A stretch of DNA of 64,000 nucleotides from positions 832,001-896,000 of the forward strand of contig CAWCAG010000009.1 in NCBI GenBank assembly GCA_963793425.1, read 5' to 3'. Within the stretch, counting starts at the first letter, position 1. The number at the start of each line of letters is the position of its first letter. The translations under genes were made by a program, and so were the position numbers. Below, in pieces: positions 39,488-48,565 of this stretch. The stretch comes from an uncultured cyanobacterium. Its GTDB lineage: Bacteria; Cyanobacteriota; Cyanobacteriia; Cyanobacteriales; CAWCAG01. The notes beneath the pieces were generated by a model. The model saw nothing but the letters and a program-made list of their open reading frames with translations, was not told where the DNA came from and ran no database searches.

Positions 39488-40345
39488 CTAGCCCCCAATC
39501 TTCCCATTACCATACGGAGGATAACTAATTCCTTTTTCTACAAAAGCTTGCTTACAGCGCTTGCTTAAATCTGTTTTATAAGCTGTTTCAGCACGGACAT
39601 CCATAGGATAAGCTTTAAGCTGGAAATGACTACCCCAAGGCTTTTCTTCTAAAGAAACCACCACCGGAAGTTGAAGCTGAGTATACTTGCTGGTATAAGC
39701 AGCTTCTGTCAAAATTTCAATCACTAGCTGAGTATTAACATCATGGCTTAAATAAAAGTCTGTCACTACCTGGGCTTCTACATCTCCATCATTGGCATTA
39801 ATAATCGCCTCAGTCCAGATTTTATTGTGGGGGATAGTAACAGTATCATCAGTGAGAGTTTGTAAACGAAAACTTCTTAAACCGTAGGTAACGACCTCAC
39901 CATATTGTTCCCCAATTGTAATGCGATCCCCTACTCGATAGGTGGTTTCAAAAAGTACTACCGCACCAGCAATAACTGAACTAATATAATCTTTAAAAGC
40001 AAACCCTAAAGCAACAGCTACAGTGCCACTAAGGGCTAATATATTGGAAGGAGACAAATCTAAAAAGATATTGCTTATTGTTCCAGTGGTAACAATAACG
40101 ACTAAAAACTGCCAGAAAGGTAAAGATTGTCTTACTTCCGGACGAAGTTGCAAAGGAACTCTTTCGGATATCCAGTTAATTAGTTTATCAAGCAACCAAT
40201 TACTGATATAAGCGATTAAAAGAATAGCTAATGCTTGGGTGATTTTCCCTCTAGTTATATCTCCTATCAATTCTTTGGCTTTTTCAGCAGTTTCCGAACC
40301 CGCCTGGGCTAGATTAAGAGTTAATAGGTAATAGGGATTATTCAT
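39488..40345 (-). CDS. MscS-family mechanosensitive channel
   Basis: VALGFAFKD, YRVGDRI.IG..YGEV..YGLRS, VTIPHN. Confidence 0.9.
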   Translation of the reverse strand: MNNPYYLLTLNLAQAGSETAEKAKELIGDITRGKITQALAILLIAYISNWLLDKLINWISERVPLQLRPEVRQSLPFWQFLVVIVTTGTISNIFLDLSPSNILALSGTVAVALGFAFKDYISSVIAGAVVLFETTYRVGDRITIGEQYGEVVTYGLRSFRLQTLTDDTVTIPHNKIWTEAIINANDGDVEAQVVTDFYLSHDVNTQLVIEILTEAAYTSKYTQLQLPVVVSLEEKPWGSHFQLKAYPMDVRAETAYKTDLSKRCKQAFVEKGISYPPYGNGKIGG

Positions 40346-40354
40346 TTATTGTGA

Positions 40355-41128
40355 TTAAAACTGATCTTTTTTGCCTCGTAAACGAGAAAATACCCTGACT
40401 GGATCTTGAAGCCCTACTGCTTGTTGAATAGCTTGTGTATCCCAACGCAAAAAAGGGTTAGTTTGCTTTTCTATAGCTAGTTGAGAAGGAATTGTTGCTT
40501 GGGATTTTTCCCGTAGTCTTTTAACTTCCTGGTAACGAGTTTGTAGTTGAGAATTTTCTGGATCTACGGTTAAAGCGAATTTTAGATTTTGTAAAGTATA
40601 TTCGTGGGCGCACCAAATCCTCGTCTTATCTGGTAGTTTTCTTAATTTGCTCAAAGAATCAACCATTTGTGCTGGAGTGCCTTCTTTTAAACGTCCACAA
40701 CCCCCAGCGAAAATAGTATCACCGCAAAAAAGCTCTCCTGTTTCATTTTCCCTTTCAGATGGGAAATAATAGACGATATGGGCGCGGGTATGACCAGGCA
40801 CAAAAAAGACTTCTCCTACACGTTCAGAAAATTCAACGCGATCACCTTCTTGCAAAAATACTTGTTGTCCGGGAATTCTCCCCTGATCCTTTGCTCCTCC
40901 ATAAATACAAATTTCAGGAAAATGCTTTTGCAGATGAAGATTACCGCCGATATGATCGTAATGATGGTGAGTATTAAAAATTGCTATTAGTTGAGCATCC
41001 AACTGGTTTAAAAGTTTTAATACAGGCTGAGCTTCACCAGGATCAACAACCGCAGCCAGATTTTTTGAGCGATCATAGAGCAGAAAAATATAATTATCAG
41101 AGAAAGCCCGGAGGCGGTGTATTTCCAT
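40355..41128 (-). CDS. gloB: Hydroxyacylglutathione hydrolase (glyoxalase II)
   Basis: [54 protein letters not shown]. Confidence 0.96.
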   Translation of the reverse strand: MEIHRLRAFSDNYIFLLYDRSKNLAAVVDPGEAQPVLKLLNQLDAQLIAIFNTHHHYDHIGGNLHLQKHFPEICIYGGAKDQGRIPGQQVFLQEGDRVEFSERVGEVFFVPGHTRAHIVYYFPSERENETGELFCGDTIFAGGCGRLKEGTPAQMVDSLSKLRKLPDKTRIWCAHEYTLQNLKFALTVDPENSQLQTRYQEVKRLREKSQATIPSQLAIEKQTNPFLRWDTQAIQQAVGLQDPVRVFSRLRGKKDQF

Positions 41129-41215
41129 AAACTATTCAAACTTGAAAAAGTGATTGTCAACCCTCGTATATCATAATAATGAGCTTTATTAAAACTGGGA
41201 GGGAACAATTTATTT

Positions 41216-41422
41216 ATGGTAGGAACTATTCAGGGGGAATCGAATCAGAACCTAAAGTCAGTTGTCAATCGTATTTTGGAAACCGGTTGTTTGACTCATC
41301 AAGAGCATTTTCAGCTAATGACTCACTTTCTTGCTAATTCTTCCTCTGAACAGGAAGATCGTTCCTCCCTCAATCGCGTTTTTGATGAACTGCAAATGGG
41401 TCGTTTACAATTTGTAGACTAG
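41216..41422 (+). CDS. Small hypothetical protein
   Basis: 68-aa ATG ORF preceded by GGAGG; V.RIL.TG.L...EH.QL...NRVFD.LQ.GRL pattern. Confidence 0.65.
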   Translation: MVGTIQGESNQNLKSVVNRILETGCLTHQEHFQLMTHFLANSSSEQEDRSSLNRVFDELQMGRLQFVD

Positions 41423-41462
41423 TAAAGTAATGTCAAATTTTAGGGGATAATTACTTCAGAAA

Positions 41463-42623
41463 GTGCCACAAAAAGTTTCTCTTCTAGCACCAGATTTATC
41501 AGGAGGTGGGGGAACAAGAGCCTACCTCATCGCCAAAGTATTACAAAAGTTGCATTATGATGTTGAAGTTATTGGCTTTTTGTTCGGAGAAAGTCTTTAT
41601 CCTCTTCCGCCAGAAAATTTAGAGGTTAAATGGGTTGAAGGTTGCGACTATCCTCAATTAATTGGCTCTATTAAAAATCTGCAAAGAGAAATTAATGGGG
41701 AAATTATTTATGCTATTAAGCCCCGTTTGACTAGTTTTGGCATAGCTTTACTCAAAAGTTTGGGCAGTAGTAAGCCAGTAATTTTAGATATTGACGATTG
41801 GGAAATGAGTTGGTTTGGTGGTGATGATTGGCAATATCGCCCTAACCCTCGCCAACTTGCTAGGGATTTGCTGAAAAAAAACGGTGCTTTAAGAAACCCG
41901 GAACATCCTCTTTATTTGAGTTGGATGGAAAAGCTGATTGATAAAGCAGATCGGGTAACGGTTAATAACAAGTTTCTTCAATATCGCTACGGCGGTACTT
42001 ATTTGCCTAGTGGTAAGGATACAGAATTATTTGATCCTAATAAGTTTGATCCTCAAGAATGCCGTGCTAGATATGGTCTTTCTGAGTTTAGAGTATTAAT
42101 GTTTCCTGGTACAGCACGTCCCCATAAGGGTCTAGAAGACGTTTTAGCGGCTATTGAAGGGTTGAACCAGCCTGACTTAAAATTAGTCTTGGTAGGGGGC
42201 AGAGATATTGGTGACGGCTATGTCGAGAAATTAATGGCGGGTAAAGAACAGTATGTGATGAGATTGCCTCAAACCCCCCTTGACAAAATGCCAGAAGTTG
42301 TTGCCGCAGCAGATATTGTTGTTGTTCCTCAAAGGGAAAGCTTAACAGCTTGCGCCCAATTTCCCATTAAATTAACCGACGGCATGGCTATGGCTAAACC
42401 CATCATCTCAACTACAGTAGGTGACATTCCCGAAATTTTAGGGAATACTGGTTATTTAGTTGAACCTAGTTCTCCAGAACAAATAGCCGAAAAAATCGAG
42501 TTTATTTTTGCTAATTTAGAAACTGCCAATGCTAAAGGTACTGAAGCACGACAAAGATGTGTGAACAACTACGGCATAAATACTATGGCTGCTACTCTTT
42601 CTCAGCTAATTGAAGGAGTTTAG
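41463..42623 (+). CDS. GT4 glycosyltransferase
   Basis: LDIDDWE, GT.RPHKG.ED, FP.KL.DGMAMAKP.I.T.VGDIPEIL. Confidence 0.9.
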   Translation: MPQKVSLLAPDLSGGGGTRAYLIAKVLQKLHYDVEVIGFLFGESLYPLPPENLEVKWVEGCDYPQLIGSIKNLQREINGEIIYAIKPRLTSFGIALLKSLGSSKPVILDIDDWEMSWFGGDDWQYRPNPRQLARDLLKKNGALRNPEHPLYLSWMEKLIDKADRVTVNNKFLQYRYGGTYLPSGKDTELFDPNKFDPQECRARYGLSEFRVLMFPGTARPHKGLEDVLAAIEGLNQPDLKLVLVGGRDIGDGYVEKLMAGKEQYVMRLPQTPLDKMPEVVAAADIVVVPQRESLTACAQFPIKLTDGMAMAKPIISTTVGDIPEILGNTGYLVEPSSPEQIAEKIEFIFANLETANAKGTEARQRCVNNYGINTMAATLSQLIEGV

Positions 42624-42672
42624 TAGAAATAGAGTTAGCACCTGAATATTATTCGATGAGCCAACATACCGA

Positions 42673-44733
42673 ATGTCTACTAATAAGCTACTTCTGAGAT
42701 TCCTCTCTAAATATCCGTTTTTAGTTGGTTTAACTGTTCTGTTAGGCTTCTCTGGAGCCATTTTTAATGGGGTAAGTACAGCTTTGGTTGTACCTCTATT
42801 ACTAGAGTTTCTAGGACAGGGAGACGAACTTTTTGATAATGCTCCCCAAGCTTTAGGAAAATTCATGTCTCTTTTTGATGGATTTCCTGAAGATAAAAGA
42901 CTTATGGCTTTGACTGGGGCTGTATTGCTAGCAATTCTGCTCAAAAACGTCGCCAACTATGCTAATGGTTTAGTAGCTGGTCACTATTCTCGCCTTCTAG
43001 TTAATGGTATACGTTTAGAAGGTTTAAAATTACTTTTAGATGTAGATTTAGATTTTTTCTCTAAACATAGAATTGGTGATATTCATAATCATTTAAGCGG
43101 AGAAGTTAATCGCACAGCAGGGGCGGTGAGGATTTTAATCCAAATGGCTTCTTTGGTTATGACCATTATGGTTTATGTTGGTACTCTCATCCTTCTATCT
43201 TGGCAATTAACCATCGCCGCAACATTTTTGCTTGGTTTAGTATCTCTTTGTAATCAATATTTTATTAAAAGAGCAAAATCTTTTGGTAAAGAGTTATCAG
43301 AAAAATCTCGTGCTTACTCTAATGCTTTTTGGGAGATATTAGGTGGCATTCGTTTAATTAAAACCGTAAGTAATGAAAATGAAGAATTTGAGCGCATCAA
43401 AGCCATAATTAGGGATAGAGAAAAAGCTGATTTTCAGTCTCAAGCTAACTTCGCGATTATTTCTCCCATCAACGAACTGCTTGGTACTCTTTCAGTTTTG
43501 GGGGTGGTGGTGATTGGAGGAATAATTTTTTCTGAAGAACAAATGAATGCCCTCTCAACTATCTTATTAACTTACTTAGTTTTGTTATTTCGCTTACTAC
43601 CAATTGTGGGGCAACTTAATGGTACTCGTAGTCGCTTTGCTAACAGCGCCCCTAGTGCCGAAATCGTCGCTGATTTTTTGAACCTTGATACCAAACCATT
43701 TATGGGTAATGGTAGTGCTGTTTATCAAAGATTAGAAGATAGTATTGAGATAGAAAACCTTAGCTTTGCTTATCCTGGACAAGAAAAACTAGTCTTAAAA
43801 AATGTTAGTATCCAAGTACCTAAAGGACAAACCATCGCCTTAGTAGGGGCTTCTGGGGCTGGTAAATCGACTTTAGCAGATTTAATACCCAGATTTTATG
43901 ATCCGATAGAAGGGCGTATTACCCTTGATGGCAAGGATATTAGAGAATACGATATCGCTAGTATTAGGCAGCAAATGGGGGTAGTTAGTCAAGATACCTT
44001 TTTGTTCAATGCCTCTATACGCAACAACATCGCCTATGCTATGCCCCAAGCTACAAATGACGATATTATTGAAGCTTCTAAAAGGGCTAATGCTTACGAA
44101 TTTATTGCTGAATTACCCCATGGTTTAGATACAGAAATAGGCGATCGCGGAGTACTCCTTTCCGGGGGACAAAGACAAAGAATTGCGATCGCTCGTGCCT
44201 TACTAAGAAATCCTGATATCCTAATTTTAGATGAAGCTACCAGCGCTTTAGATACTGTCTCAGAACGTTTAGTTCAACAAGCCATTGATGAACTATGTCG
44301 TGATCGCACCACCGTTGTGATTGCCCACCGCCTTTCTACGATCCGCAAAGCCCATCAAATTGCTGTCCTTGATAAAGGGCGAGTTGTGGAAGTGGGAAGC
44401 CATGAAGAGTTAGTTAACAAAAAGAATGGTCATTATGCCCGACTTCATTCTATGCAATTCTCTGATAAACCGAAGATCGTTTTACCCACTAATGCAGCCT
44501 TAATTAGGACTTCTTTACGGGCATCCCATGAACTTCGCACCCGCCTTTCTTATGAAGTGAGAAGCCGCCTCAATTCCATGCTTGGCTCTTTGAGGCTAGT
44601 AACTGATGATTTAGTAGATAGCAAAGAAGAACAAAATGAACTCATTGAAGAGTCCTATCGTTCTGCTTTGCATCTTCTCAACACGATTGAATATTTTGAG
44701 GTGAATGGGGCTAAGTTACCCATAGAGCGTTAG
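42673..44733 (+). CDS. ABC exporter (TMD+NBD, HepA/MsbA-like) with C-terminal HisKA-like extension
   Basis: GASGAGKST, LSGGQRQR, ILILDEATSALD, IAHRLST; tail SHELRTRLSYEVRSRLNSMLG.L.L. Confidence 0.92.
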   Translation: MSTNKLLLRFLSKYPFLVGLTVLLGFSGAIFNGVSTALVVPLLLEFLGQGDELFDNAPQALGKFMSLFDGFPEDKRLMALTGAVLLAILLKNVANYANGLVAGHYSRLLVNGIRLEGLKLLLDVDLDFFSKHRIGDIHNHLSGEVNRTAGAVRILIQMASLVMTIMVYVGTLILLSWQLTIAATFLLGLVSLCNQYFIKRAKSFGKELSEKSRAYSNAFWEILGGIRLIKTVSNENEEFERIKAIIRDREKADFQSQANFAIISPINELLGTLSVLGVVVIGGIIFSEEQMNALSTILLTYLVLLFRLLPIVGQLNGTRSRFANSAPSAEIVADFLNLDTKPFMGNGSAVYQRLEDSIEIENLSFAYPGQEKLVLKNVSIQVPKGQTIALVGASGAGKSTLADLIPRFYDPIEGRITLDGKDIREYDIASIRQQMGVVSQDTFLFNASIRNNIAYAMPQATNDDIIEASKRANAYEFIAELPHGLDTEIGDRGVLLSGGQRQRIAIARALLRNPDILILDEATSALDTVSERLVQQAIDELCRDRTTVVIAHRLSTIRKAHQIAVLDKGRVVEVGSHEELVNKKNGHYARLHSMQFSDKPKIVLPTNAALIRTSLRASHELRTRLSYEVRSRLNSMLGSLRLVTDDLVDSKEEQNELIEESYRSALHLLNTIEYFEVNGAKLPIER

Positions 44734-44789
44734 TAATTAACCATAACGGCGATAAATTTAAAGTTAAGTCCTATTGATTTTAGGCTAAT

Positions 44790-44827
44790 TATGAAAAGAT
44801 TATGAGATTATGAGATAATTATGAAAG
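44790..44827 (+). promoter_or_regulatory. Two tandem ManR boxes upstream of mntCAB
   Basis: TATGAAAA-GAT-TATGAGAT and TATGAGAT-AAT-TATGAAAG, matching the (T/A)ATGA(G/A)A(A/G)-N3 direct repeat. Confidence 0.8.
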
Positions 44828-44855
44828 ACATAATTATTTGATAAAATTAGTCTTC

Positions 44856-45854
44856 ATGGCAAAACCTTTATTTTTTAAAGGGTGGATCTTAATTTCTGGG
44901 GTTGCTCTAACTTTGTGGTTATGGGGTTGTGATGCCCCTACTTCTACATCAACTAAATCTGACAATTCTGGAGTTGCTACACAAGGCAAGACAGATACTC
45001 AAGGAAAAAAGAAAGTTATTACCACTTTCACAATTCTTGCAGATATGGCTCGTAATGTGGCTGGAGATAAGCTAGAGGTAGAATCAATCACCCGTATTGG
45101 GGCAGAAATTCATGGTTATGAACCAACTCCTAGTGACCTCACCAAAGCTGAAAACGCTGATTTAATTCTCTACAATGGTCTGGATTTAGAGAGGTGGTTT
45201 GAGCCATTTTACAATAATTTGGGTGATGTTCCTTCGGTACTTCTTACAGAAGGAGTCCAACCAATTCCTATTGCAGAAGGGCCATACAAAAATAAGCCCA
45301 ATCCCCATGCTTGGATGTCTCCCCAAAATGCCCTCATCTATGTGGAAAATATTCGCAAGGCTTTTGTGGAACTTGATCCTGACAATGAGGATACCTACAA
45401 TGCTAATGCAGCCTCCTATAAGGAGAAGCTTAAGGACATTGATCAAGAGCTTCAAGTCAATTTAGACCGTTTGCCGGCAAACCAGCGCTATTTAGTCAGT
45501 TGCGAGGGAGCATTTTCTTACCTTGCCAGGGATTATAAGCTGAAAGAGATTTATATGTGGCCTATCAATGCAGAACAACAATCTACCCCGAAACAGATTC
45601 AAGGGGTGATTGAAGAAGTTAAGGAAAATTCTGTACCTACTGTATTCTGCGAAAGTACTGTTAGTAGTAAAAGTCAGAAAGAAGTTGCTAAGGAAACAGG
45701 AGCAAGGTTTGGGGGGAATCTTTATGTTGATTCTCTCTCGACAACAGACGGGCCTGTACCCACTTTTCTTAATTTACTGCAATACGATGCCCGCACTATT
45801 ACAAATGGGCTTTTGGTCAATGATGTCTATGACAACGGCAAAGCCGAACAATGA
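44856..45854 (+). CDS. mntC: Mn ABC transporter substrate-binding lipoprotein
   Basis: Lipobox LWGC, GAEIHGYEPTPSD, PNPHAWMSP, SCEGAFSYL, FCESTV, LYVDSL; ATG 44856 preferred. Confidence 0.93.
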   Translation: MAKPLFFKGWILISGVALTLWLWGCDAPTSTSTKSDNSGVATQGKTDTQGKKKVITTFTILADMARNVAGDKLEVESITRIGAEIHGYEPTPSDLTKAENADLILYNGLDLERWFEPFYNNLGDVPSVLLTEGVQPIPIAEGPYKNKPNPHAWMSPQNALIYVENIRKAFVELDPDNEDTYNANAASYKEKLKDIDQELQVNLDRLPANQRYLVSCEGAFSYLARDYKLKEIYMWPINAEQQSTPKQIQGVIEEVKENSVPTVFCESTVSSKSQKEVAKETGARFGGNLYVDSLSTTDGPVPTFLNLLQYDARTITNGLLVNDVYDNGKAEQ

Positions 45855-45896
45855 TCAGTGATTCAGTGATGCCTGACGGCAACAGCAAGCCGTACA
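45822..45896 (+). repeat. Two small dispersed two-hairpin repeats, the first inside the mntC 3' end
   Basis: gatgtctatgacaacggcaaagccgaaca (45822-45850) and gatgcctgacggcaacagcaagccgtaca (45868-45896) within heptamer runs. Confidence 0.75.
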
Positions 45897-45934
45897 GTGA
45901 ACAATGATAAATGTTAAATGATAAATGAAATGAT

Positions 45935-46699
45935 ATGTCTCAAACTTTAGGAATAACCGTTGACAATCTTAGTATCACTTATAACAATGCTCGTCTGGCT
46001 CTTTATGATGCCAACTGCTATGTGCAACCGGGTACGATTACTGCTTTAGTAGGACCTAACGGTGGTGGTAAATCCACTTTGTTTAAAGCAATCATGGGCT
46101 TTTTAGAACCCAATCAGGGGCGTGTTAGCATTGGTGGTTTGTCTATTGCTAAAGCCCAGAAAAAACAACTGATGGCTTATGTTCCCCAGGCTGATGAAGT
46201 AGATTGGAACTTTCCTGTCAGTGTCTCAGATGTAGTGATGATGGGACGCTACGGCTATATGAACATTCTCAGGATTCCCCAAGCTAAAGACCGCCGTTTA
46301 GTACAAGAGAGTTTAGCACGGGTAGGGATGACAGAATTTGGCGATCGCCAAATTGGTGAACTTTCTGGAGGGCAGAAGAAGCGGGCTTTTTTAGCCAGGG
46401 CTTTAGCCCAAGAAAGTAAGATTATGTTGTTGGATGAACCTTTTACTGGGGTAGATATTAAAACCGAAAAAAGCATCATTGATTTGTTGCTACAACTGCG
46501 GGATGCCGGACAAACTATTTTAGTTTCTACCCATGACTTAGCCTCGATTTCTACCTTTTGCGATCGCGTCATTTTGCTTAACCAAACTATTCTTGCTGCT
46601 GGTATGACAGAAGAAGTGTTTACCGAAGACAATTTAGCAATGACTTTCGGTGGTTTACCCACAGCGACAAGCAAAAGAGTAATAGGCCATATTAGTTAA
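45935..46699 (+). CDS. mntA: Mn ABC transporter ATP-binding protein
   Basis: GPNGGGKST, YVPQ, LSGGQKKR, LLDEPF, STHDL. Confidence 0.93.
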   Translation: MSQTLGITVDNLSITYNNARLALYDANCYVQPGTITALVGPNGGGKSTLFKAIMGFLEPNQGRVSIGGLSIAKAQKKQLMAYVPQADEVDWNFPVSVSDVVMMGRYGYMNILRIPQAKDRRLVQESLARVGMTEFGDRQIGELSGGQKKRAFLARALAQESKIMLLDEPFTGVDIKTEKSIIDLLLQLRDAGQTILVSTHDLASISTFCDRVILLNQTILAAGMTEEVFTEDNLAMTFGGLPTATSKRVIGHIS

Positions 46700-46707
46700 T
46701 AAATTAA

Positions 46708-46840
46708 TAGACATCTCCGAGAATTAAAAACCAAATCAATTCTCATACTGAAATTATCAATTCTTACCACTGCTCCCTGCTCTCTGTTCCCTGTAGCCTA
46801 AGGCAAGGCTAACGCCAACCCTCTTTTCCGGAGATGATTA
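46708..46840. mobile_element. MITE-like element between mntA and mntB containing heptamer repeats and a small dispersed repeat
   Basis: Left tagacatctccgagaa, right ttttccggagatgatta (shared core CATCTCCG); internal tagcctaaggcaaggctaacgccaac at 46794-46819. Confidence 0.6.
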
Positions 46841-47698
46841 ATGTTATTAGATTGGTTTACAGTACCATTGCAAAGTGGTTTTATGGTGAAAGCTCTGTGG
46901 GTGAGTACCTTTGTGGGTATAGTTTGTGCTGTACTATCTTGTTACATTACCCTAAAAGGCTGGTCATTAATGGGAGATGCCGTTTCCCATGCGGTTGTAC
47001 CTGGGGTAGTTGTAGCTTATGCAATTGGTATTCCTTTTGCTGTGGGTGCTTTTCTGTTTGGTTTTGGGGCAACAGTGGCCATTGGTTATGTTAAGTCAAA
47101 AACCCGCCTCAAGGAAGATGCAGTAATTGGGGTAGTGTTTACAGGCTTTTTTGCTTTTGGGTTAGTTTTGTCAACGAAAATCCCTAGCAACATAGATTTA
47201 TTTCATATTTTGTTTGGTAATGTTTTGGGCATTTCCTCTCAAGATATCTTGCAAACTCTTATTGCCGGGTTGCTTACCCTCATAATAATTCTTTTACGGC
47301 GTAAGGATCTCTTGTTATTTTGCTTTGATCCTAACCATGCTAAGGCGATTGGCTTGAATACGCAATTTATGTACTATACTCTGCTATCAGTATTAGCCCT
47401 AACTATTGTTACTGCCCTACAAACCGCAGGGATTGTCTTGGTGGTGGCGATGTTGGTTACTCCTGGGGCAACGGCTTATCTATTAACGGATCGCTTCGAG
47501 AGAATGCTGATGATTTCCGTTGCTAGCAGTGTTTTGTCTTGCTTATTAGGAGTTTATTTTAGTTATCATTTGGATGTACCGACTGGGGGTTGCATTGTGG
47601 TGCTGTTAACAATCTTTTTCGTGGTTGCTATGATCTTTGCCCCTAAGTATGGTTTGCTGCGTCAACTTCGCTTTGCTCAAAAGTTTGATAGCCTTTAA
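46841..47698 (+). CDS. mntB: Mn ABC transporter permease
   Basis: SLMGDAVSHAVVPG, KEDAVIG, ILFGNVLG, FDPNHA, ALQTAG. Confidence 0.93.
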   Translation: MLLDWFTVPLQSGFMVKALWVSTFVGIVCAVLSCYITLKGWSLMGDAVSHAVVPGVVVAYAIGIPFAVGAFLFGFGATVAIGYVKSKTRLKEDAVIGVVFTGFFAFGLVLSTKIPSNIDLFHILFGNVLGISSQDILQTLIAGLLTLIIILLRRKDLLLFCFDPNHAKAIGLNTQFMYYTLLSVLALTIVTALQTAGIVLVVAMLVTPGATAYLLTDRFERMLMISVASSVLSCLLGVYFSYHLDVPTGGCIVVLLTIFFVVAMIFAPKYGLLRQLRFAQKFDSL

Positions 47699-47870
47699 AG
47701 GGAGACTGGGTGAAAACTATTTCTTACTCCCTAATTTAGACAATATGTAGTTTTAATGCCTAATAGTTTTGAGCTTTTGCTGATTTTATCACCTTCATCT
47801 CTTGGTGGGGTTGATTTCCGTAGTCTAAACTTGAGACGAAACTTTTTTTTAATAGCAATCTAAATTTAAG

Positions 47871-48428
47871 ATGAAACCTATTCTTAATAAAGGGCAATTA
47901 ACAACTTGGAAAGATGATAGAGGTTTTGGTTTTATAAAGCCGGATGATGGTGGTAAAGATGTTTTCTTGCATATTAGTGCGTTGAAAAGAGTTCGCCGTC
48001 CAAAAGTTGGAGATACGATTTTATTTGAACGAGTTACTCAGCCCGATGGGAAGGTGCGGGCTGCTAAAGCCTCAATTCAAGGGGTAACACCCAGTGAAAC
48101 TTTATCAATTGGGCAGAAATTAAGTAAGCGGAAATTGAGTCGATTAGAAATGACTATTGGTATTGGTGCTATGGCTATGATTACGTTTTTTGCGATGCAA
48201 TTTAATAGTAGTGATTCTTCTTCTTCTCTTACATCTACTGTAGAGCCTGTTGCATCTACTCTAAATCCTGGATGTAACATCAAAGGTAACATTTCAATTA
48301 ACTCAGGCAACAAAATTTATCATCTTCCGGGCATGGAAGATTACCAATCAACTATTATCGATACCTCGAAAGGAGAAAGATGGTTTTGCACAGAATCAGA
48401 GGCGATTAATAGGTGTAGACTATGTTAG
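47871..48428 (+). CDS. Cold-shock-domain protein with TM and C-terminal CxIKGNI domain (3' end possibly clipped)
   Basis: G.L.TWKDDRGFGFI...DVFLHISA; CNIKGNIS...KIYHLPG..DY..T.I...GERWFCTESEA. Confidence 0.85.
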   Translation: MKPILNKGQLTTWKDDRGFGFIKPDDGGKDVFLHISALKRVRRPKVGDTILFERVTQPDGKVRAAKASIQGVTPSETLSIGQKLSKRKLSRLEMTIGIGAMAMITFFAMQFNSSDSSSSLTSTVEPVASTLNPGCNIKGNISINSGNKIYHLPGMEDYQSTIIDTSKGERWFCTESEAINRCRLC

Positions 48429-48565
48429 TGGCTACAAAATTATTGAAAAAAACCAGGTTCAAACAAACTAACATAATGCTTTAAAGTAATCTAATGCCGT
48501 AAATTCTTCTTCAACATTAGAGCAATCTTCTCGAAATCTATTTAATTAAAAAATAGGTTATCCGA

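Noticed and set aside
39446..39528. C-terminal part of ORF 39262-39528 as real protein
   Set aside because: Read-through into CCCTATC-like repeats and the antisense end of the MscS gene after the transposase breakpoint.
42673..44733. Calling the ABC exporter hepA and inferring heterocysts
   Set aside because: HepA-like exporters occur in non-heterocystous cyanobacteria, and nothing else here indicates heterocysts.
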